A DNA stretch of 43,166 nucleotides from Kiritimatiellia bacterium. GTDB lineage: Bacteria; Verrucomicrobiota; Kiritimatiellia; RFP12; JBMNHG01. Location: contig JBMNHG010000006.1 in the NCBI GenBank assembly GCA_050950285.1, forward strand, positions 62,001 to 105,166, read 5' to 3'. The notes beneath the pieces were generated by a model that saw only the letters and a program-made list of their open reading frames with translations, searched no databases and had not been told where the DNA came from. Both the position numbers and the translations under genes were made by a program. Positions 38,800 through 43,166 of the stretch are shown in pieces; within the stretch, counting starts at the first letter, position 1, and each line of letters starts with the position of its first letter.

Positions 38800-40215
38800 C
38801 TACGCGATAAAGCGGAAGTCGGGAATGTGTCCGGACGAAATCACCTCGTGGACCTCGTCCCACATGCGGTCCTGATAGTCCCGGCTGGTATAGAGGGCGA
38901 GGAGGGAGTACGTGAGCGTGGTGGTGGCGCGGAGGCGCTGGTGGCGCGTCCCGACGTGCGTGCGGGCGATGTCGTCGAAGACCTTCGTCAGCTCTTTTTC
39001 GCCGCCGTCGGCGGTGAAGATGCCGCCGTGGTTGGAGATGTCCCGCGCGCCGGGCATGTCGAAGAGCGGCCAGTTGATGAAGCCGTTGGAATGCGGGGCC
39101 AGGGTCTCGACGAGCGTGCGCATGTACTCCGCATGCTGCGCCTCGGTGCGATAGGGGAGCGGTCCCAAGAAGGCGGACTCGCCGCCGCCGTACCAGCCGA
39201 ACTCCTGGATCACGACCGGCTTGTTGTAGTGGTCGAAGCGCGACATGGCCACGCAGGCGTTGAGCCAGTAGCGGAGCGGCTCGCCGCCATCGAGCGGATC
39301 GCCGCGCCCGCCTTCGCAGGCCTGCCAGGCGGGATACGGGTGGTGCGTCACGAAGTCGAAGAGCGACTCGACGGCGCGGTTGTGGAAGCCGTTCGACAGG
39401 AACAGGTCCTGGTCGGGCGAGAGCCACGAGTTGTTTCCGGAGACGACCATGTGCTTGGGGCTGGCGGCGCGGATGACGTCGCATTGGCGCTTGCACCAGG
39501 CGTAGCCGCGGTCGTTCAGGTAGTTCCGGAAATCGTAGGCGCAGAGGTCGTATGGCCGGTCGACAAACTCGACGGAGCCCGGCACCTCCTCGAAGGTGGC
39601 GTAGGAGGCCGAGTAGGCGCGGTTCATCGCCCCGACGCTGCCGTAGCGACGTTCGAGCCAGGCGGGCCAGGCGTCGCGGATCATCGCGGCCACGCGCTGT
39701 TCGTCGGGATGGCCTTTCGGCACGGAGTGCGGGCGTGCCCAGTAGAGCAGCTCGTTGCGGAGATCCCAGGCCCAGATGGCCGGATGGCCGGCATAGTGCC
39801 CGGCGAAGGCCTCCCAGAAGGCGCAGGATTCGTCGAGCGACCGTCCGTTGTCCGCGAGTTTCTCCACGTCGAACCAATCGTTGCCGCCCACGTATCCGCC
39901 CACCGGCATGAGATAGACGCCGTGTTTCTCCGCGAGGGCGATGAAGGTGTCCCAGTTGCGGAGCCCCTCGGCCTTGAGGCCGGTGGCGGGGTCGAAGACG
40001 CGGTTGACGCCGATGGCCTGGCGCACGCAGTTGTATCCGTGCGCCTCGAGGAGCGCGAAGCGCCGTTCGCAGTCCGCAGCGTCGAAACGGTCGAAGAGCG
40101 TCCCGTCCACGGGGTGCCCGGGCGAAAGCATGTTCCCGCCCACCGGCGTGATGGACTCGCCGGTGCCTTCGAGTTCAAAGTTCCAGCGGTCGGCCGCGAC
40201 CCGCACGTTGCGCAT
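38800..40215 (-). CDS. Clan GH-A glycoside hydrolase (GH5/GH42-like)
   Basis: GYNCVR, HPAIWAWDLRNE (acid/base), WLERRYGSVGAMNRAY, DFVTHHPY, PVVIQEFG (nucleophile). Confidence 0.8.
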   Translation of the reverse strand: MRNVRVAADRWNFELEGTGESITPVGGNMLSPGHPVDGTLFDRFDAADCERRFALLEAHGYNCVRQAIGVNRVFDPATGLKAEGLRNWDTFIALAEKHGVYLMPVGGYVGGNDWFDVEKLADNGRSLDESCAFWEAFAGHYAGHPAIWAWDLRNELLYWARPHSVPKGHPDEQRVAAMIRDAWPAWLERRYGSVGAMNRAYSASYATFEEVPGSVEFVDRPYDLCAYDFRNYLNDRGYAWCKRQCDVIRAASPKHMVVSGNNSWLSPDQDLFLSNGFHNRAVESLFDFVTHHPYPAWQACEGGRGDPLDGGEPLRYWLNACVAMSRFDHYNKPVVIQEFGWYGGGESAFLGPLPYRTEAQHAEYMRTLVETLAPHSNGFINWPLFDMPGARDISNHGGIFTADGGEKELTKVFDDIARTHVGTRHQRLRATTTLTYSLLALYTSRDYQDRMWDEVHEVISSGHIPDFRFIA

Positions 40216-40239
40216 GATGGAAGCCCTTTCGTCTCGGCG

Positions 40240-40790
40240 TCAGCGCAACAGCATTCCGCCGGCCACTTCGGCGGCCGCATCGTCTCCGGCGAGGCGGGCG
40301 AGAAGGTGCAAGGCGAAGGCGAAGGTGGTGCCGGGGCCCTGGCTGGTGACGACGGAGCGATCCTCGACGACCGCCTCGTCCGGGACGAATTCCCGGCAGT
40401 CCAGTTCATCTTCCAGGCCGGGGTAGCAGGTGGCGCGGCGGTCCGCGAGGATGCCTGCGGCGGAGAGGACGAGCGGAGAGGCGCAGATGGCGGCGACGAG
40501 CTTCCCGTTCGCCAGGAGGGCCCGGGCGAACGCCGCGACGCGGGCGTCGGCGCGGAGGCCGCCGCATGCCCCCCATGCCGCCGGGGAGGGCGATGGCGTC
40601 GGCGGAGGCAGGGTCGATGTCCGCCAGGAAGGCGTCGGCGGCGACCGTCACCGCCGTGGGCGCCGGCCACCTCCAGCGCATCGCCGATGGCGGCGGCGAC
40701 GACCGTCACGCCGCCGCGCCGCAGGATGTCGATGGTCCCGATCGCCTCGATTTCCTCGAAGCCGTCTGCCAAGGCGAGAATCAATGTCAT
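40240..40790 (-). CDS. DJ-1/PfpI (YajL/ThiJ-like) protein, frameshifted
   Basis: LADGFEEIEAIGTIDILRRGG, ALPGGMGG, AAICASP, ATCYPG, VTSQGPGT across frames; stop at 40240. Confidence 0.85.
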
Positions 40791-40806
40791 GGTGTTTCCT
40801 CCGGGG

Positions 40807-41862
40807 TTATTCGTCGACCGTTTCGTCGCGCTGGTAGATGGGGAGCTGGCGACAGGGGACCGTGAACGCGAGCGTGCACATGGCGGTGGCGTAGGCGGGG
40901 GAGCCCTGGAAGTTCCAGGAGCCGTCTGCCGCCTGTCGCGGGATGTAGGTGTCGTACATCCAGCGGGAGAATTCGCGCCACTCTTCCCCGCCGACCTGGA
41001 AGAGGGCCTGCGAGGCGTAGTAGAGGCCGTAGACCGCCTGCTCCTGCCCGGGGATTTGGGTGTAGCAGCGCATCAGGGCGGCCGCGGCGCGCTGTGCGGG
41101 CGGCGTGCCGTGGCGGCCGCACAGTTCGAGGCAGAGCAGGCCGTTGCCGGTCTGCGTTGTTCCATGGTCCTGGTTGCCTTGGTAGCCGAAGGTGCCGAGC
41201 TGCTCGTTGTGACGGCGGAGGATGTAGGCCACGGCGGAATCGATGGCCTCGACGGGGACGGGGGCGCCGTTCAGCCGCGAGGAGCGCAGGGCCATGAGGC
41301 ACCATCCGCTGCAGGAAAGGTCGCTGTCGGTGGAGGTGGGGGTGTAGCGCCATCCGCCCTGGTGGTCGGGGTTCTTGGGAACGCGTTGCGCGGCGAGGAT
41401 GAGCTGGACGGCCTGGGGGAGGAGCGTGTCGATGGTGGCCTGCCGGTTGGTGTCGATCATGCCGGAGAGTTCCGAGAGGAAGAGCGTGCAGATGCCGTGG
41501 GAGTACATCTTCCCGTCGCGTTCGCCGAAGTAGCCGTTGGAGGGATTGACATGGGCGGCGAGGTAGTCGAAGCAGCGTTCGATGTTGCGTCCGTAGCGAT
41601 CCTCGCCCGGAAGGTGTCCGCGGGAGAGGAAGGCCATGCCGGCGAGTCCGACGATGCCGTTCAGGTTGCCCCAGTTCCCCGGGAAGGATCCATCCTCCTT
41701 CTGGACGGAGGCAAGGTAGGCGAGGGCCTTGTCGATGGACTCTTCGACGCCCGGATCGAGTTCGGGGAGCGGATCGGACGGTTGCGCGCAAAGGGGTGTC
41801 GCGGCGGAAAACACGCCAGCGAGAAGTGCCAGGGCGGCCCCAAGGGAAGAGCGTCTAGTCAT
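40807..41862 (-). CDS. Secreted prenyltransferase/squalene-oxidase repeat protein
   Basis: Signal peptide; QW-like repeats ALAYLASVQKEDGSF, QGGWRY, QAADGSW; MYSHGICTLFL, DSDLSCSGWCLMALRS. Confidence 0.82.
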   Translation of the reverse strand: MTRRSSLGAALALLAGVFSAATPLCAQPSDPLPELDPGVEESIDKALAYLASVQKEDGSFPGNWGNLNGIVGLAGMAFLSRGHLPGEDRYGRNIERCFDYLAAHVNPSNGYFGERDGKMYSHGICTLFLSELSGMIDTNRQATIDTLLPQAVQLILAAQRVPKNPDHQGGWRYTPTSTDSDLSCSGWCLMALRSSRLNGAPVPVEAIDSAVAYILRRHNEQLGTFGYQGNQDHGTTQTGNGLLCLELCGRHGTPPAQRAAAALMRCYTQIPGQEQAVYGLYYASQALFQVGGEEWREFSRWMYDTYIPRQAADGSWNFQGSPAYATAMCTLAFTVPCRQLPIYQRDETVDE

Positions 41863-43166
41863 GGCGGATCCATACGCGCATCGCGCCGGGGGCGCGGTTG
41901 CACCAGAGATGGTAGGGAATGGCCGTGAGGGTCGCGCGCCGGAGCGGGGCTTCGGCGTCCGAGGGCCGATAGAGGGTGTCGTCCCATCCCTCCGGCGAAC
42001 GGAGGAGGCCCGGGAGTCGGATCAAGGGGACACCGGAAAGGATGCCTTCACGGCCCTTCACGACGCGGAACGAACGCCGGGGATCGATCCGCGCGTCGGC
42101 AAGCGGGACGCCGGGATTGTCGGCCTCCTCCAGGCAGTAGACCACGGGGCCGCGCTGCAGGGCGACTCGTCCGCTCGCCTGGCGCGCGGAGGGGTGCGCG
42201 GCGACGCATTCCACGGGCATGGGGAGGTCGAGTTCCAGCGTATCTCCGGCCTTCCACGCCCGTTTCACGTACGCATAGCCGTTGCGGACGTTCCGGCGCA
42301 GGGAGACGGGCCTGCCGTTCACGCCCAGCGCGGCGGAACGGCACCAGCCCGGAATGCGGACGGCGAGGGTCCAGGCGCCCGCTTGGGCCGGGGCTTCCGC
42401 GACGCGCACGGCGACGCGTCCGTCCCACGGATAGTCCGTCCGCATCTCCAGCGAGACGCGTCCGGCGGGCAGGTCGTCCCGAAGGTCGGCGCCGGCGAAG
42501 TGGTCGAGGAAGAAGATGTCGTCCCGCACGCCGCCCAGCAGGTCGGGGATCTGGGGGAGGAGGCGCGCGAGGTTGGGGGGGCAGCAGGCGCAGTCGAACC
42601 ACTCCTGGCGGCGGTAGTGGAAGCCGTCCCCGCGGTGGCGGCCGTTGCCGTCGAAGCCGGGCTGGGCGGCGAGCGGGTTGCCGTAGAAGAAGGAGCGCCC
42701 GTCCGCGGAGACACCCGAAAGGACGCCGTTGTAGAGGGCGCGCTCGAGGACGTCGCCATAGTCGCCCAGCGGCTCCAGGCGGGTCAATCGCCATGCCCAG
42801 AGGACCAGGCCGATGGCGGCGCACGTTTCGAGGTAGGCGCTTTCGTCGGGAAGGTCGTAATCCTGGGTGAAGCCTTCGTTCGCGCAGGTCTGCCCGAGGC
42901 TTCCGGTGACGGACATGAGCCGTCGCGTGGCGTGCTTCCAAAGGCGGCGCACGGCCTTCGCCATCGGCTCGTCGCCGCAAAGGCGGGCGACGTCCGTCAT
43001 CCCGCAGTAGAGGTACAGGGCGCGGACGGAATGGCCCACGAGACGGGACTGCCCGCGCACGGGGAGGTGCGACTGGTTGTAGGTCCCGTAGGGCGAGGAA
43101 GCCTCGAAGGGGGCTTCGCCGCGGGCGACCGCCTCGACGGAATAGTAGTAGGGGCGGGGGTTGCCG
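41855..43166 (-). CDS. GH127 beta-L-arabinofuranosidase-like protein (5' end outside window)
   Basis: GHSVRALYLY, NEGFTQDYDLP, YLETCAAIG, ERALYNGVL, FFYGNPL, CACCPPN, DYPWDG, LQRGPVVYCLE, WCNR. Confidence 0.92.
   Translation of the reverse strand, partial: GNPRPYYYSVEAVARGEAPFEASSPYGTYNQSHLPVRGQSRLVGHSVRALYLYCGMTDVARLCGDEPMAKAVRRLWKHATRRLMSVTGSLGQTCANEGFTQDYDLPDESAYLETCAAIGLVLWAWRLTRLEPLGDYGDVLERALYNGVLSGVSADGRSFFYGNPLAAQPGFDGNGRHRGDGFHYRRQEWFDCACCPPNLARLLPQIPDLLGGVRDDIFFLDHFAGADLRDDLPAGRVSLEMRTDYPWDGRVAVRVAEAPAQAGAWTLAVRIPGWCRSAALGVNGRPVSLRRNVRNGYAYVKRAWKAGDTLELDLPMPVECVAAHPSARQASGRVALQRGPVVYCLEEADNPGVPLADARIDPRRSFRVVKGREGILSGVPLIRLPGLLRSPEGWDDTLYRPSDAEAPLRRATLTAIPYHLWCNRAPGAMRVWIRHD

Noticed and set aside
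40807..41862. Squalene-hopene cyclase (shc)
   Set aside because: Only 351 aa (single barrel), has a signal peptide and lacks the DxDD catalytic motif.

Overview
High-GC bacterial chromosomal window; the gene content suggests the PVC superphylum, possibly Kiritimatiellia/Lentisphaerae-like (inference). No phage, IS, CRISPR, rRNA or tRNA was seen. It appears to span the replication terminus: a dif-like site at 3875-3902 coincides with a switch in KOPS-like octamer orientation. Left part: GspM/GspL-like type II secretion genes, a C4 zinc-ribbon coiled-coil protein, RNase P RNA (rnpB) abutting a GspC-like gene, def, topA with an unusual Cys-free three-repeat C-terminus, Mrp/ApbC, an Lrp + aminotransferase pair, a zincin and TatD. 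Middle: a 14-kb MoxR-DUF58-BatA/VWA/PA14-VWA-giant coiled-coil operon, then priA, a DMT protein, a stand-alone homocysteine methyltransferase and a GH127. Right part: a REP-like doublet, an orphan PqqD coupled to a divergent LpxC-like gene, then hrpB, an M23 peptidase, a pectin-lyase-fold enzyme, an inositol monophosphatase and DJ-1 (all with indel frameshifts, probably assembly errors), a small basic DNA-binding candidate, a clan GH-A hydrolase, a secreted prenyltransferase/squalene-oxidase-repeat protein and a second GH127. The best candidates for undescribed biology are the PqqD-LpxC-like pair, the MoxR/VWA/PA14/giant coiled-coil machine, the TopA C-terminal repeats and the small basic protein. 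All calls come from manual motif reading; no database searches were run.
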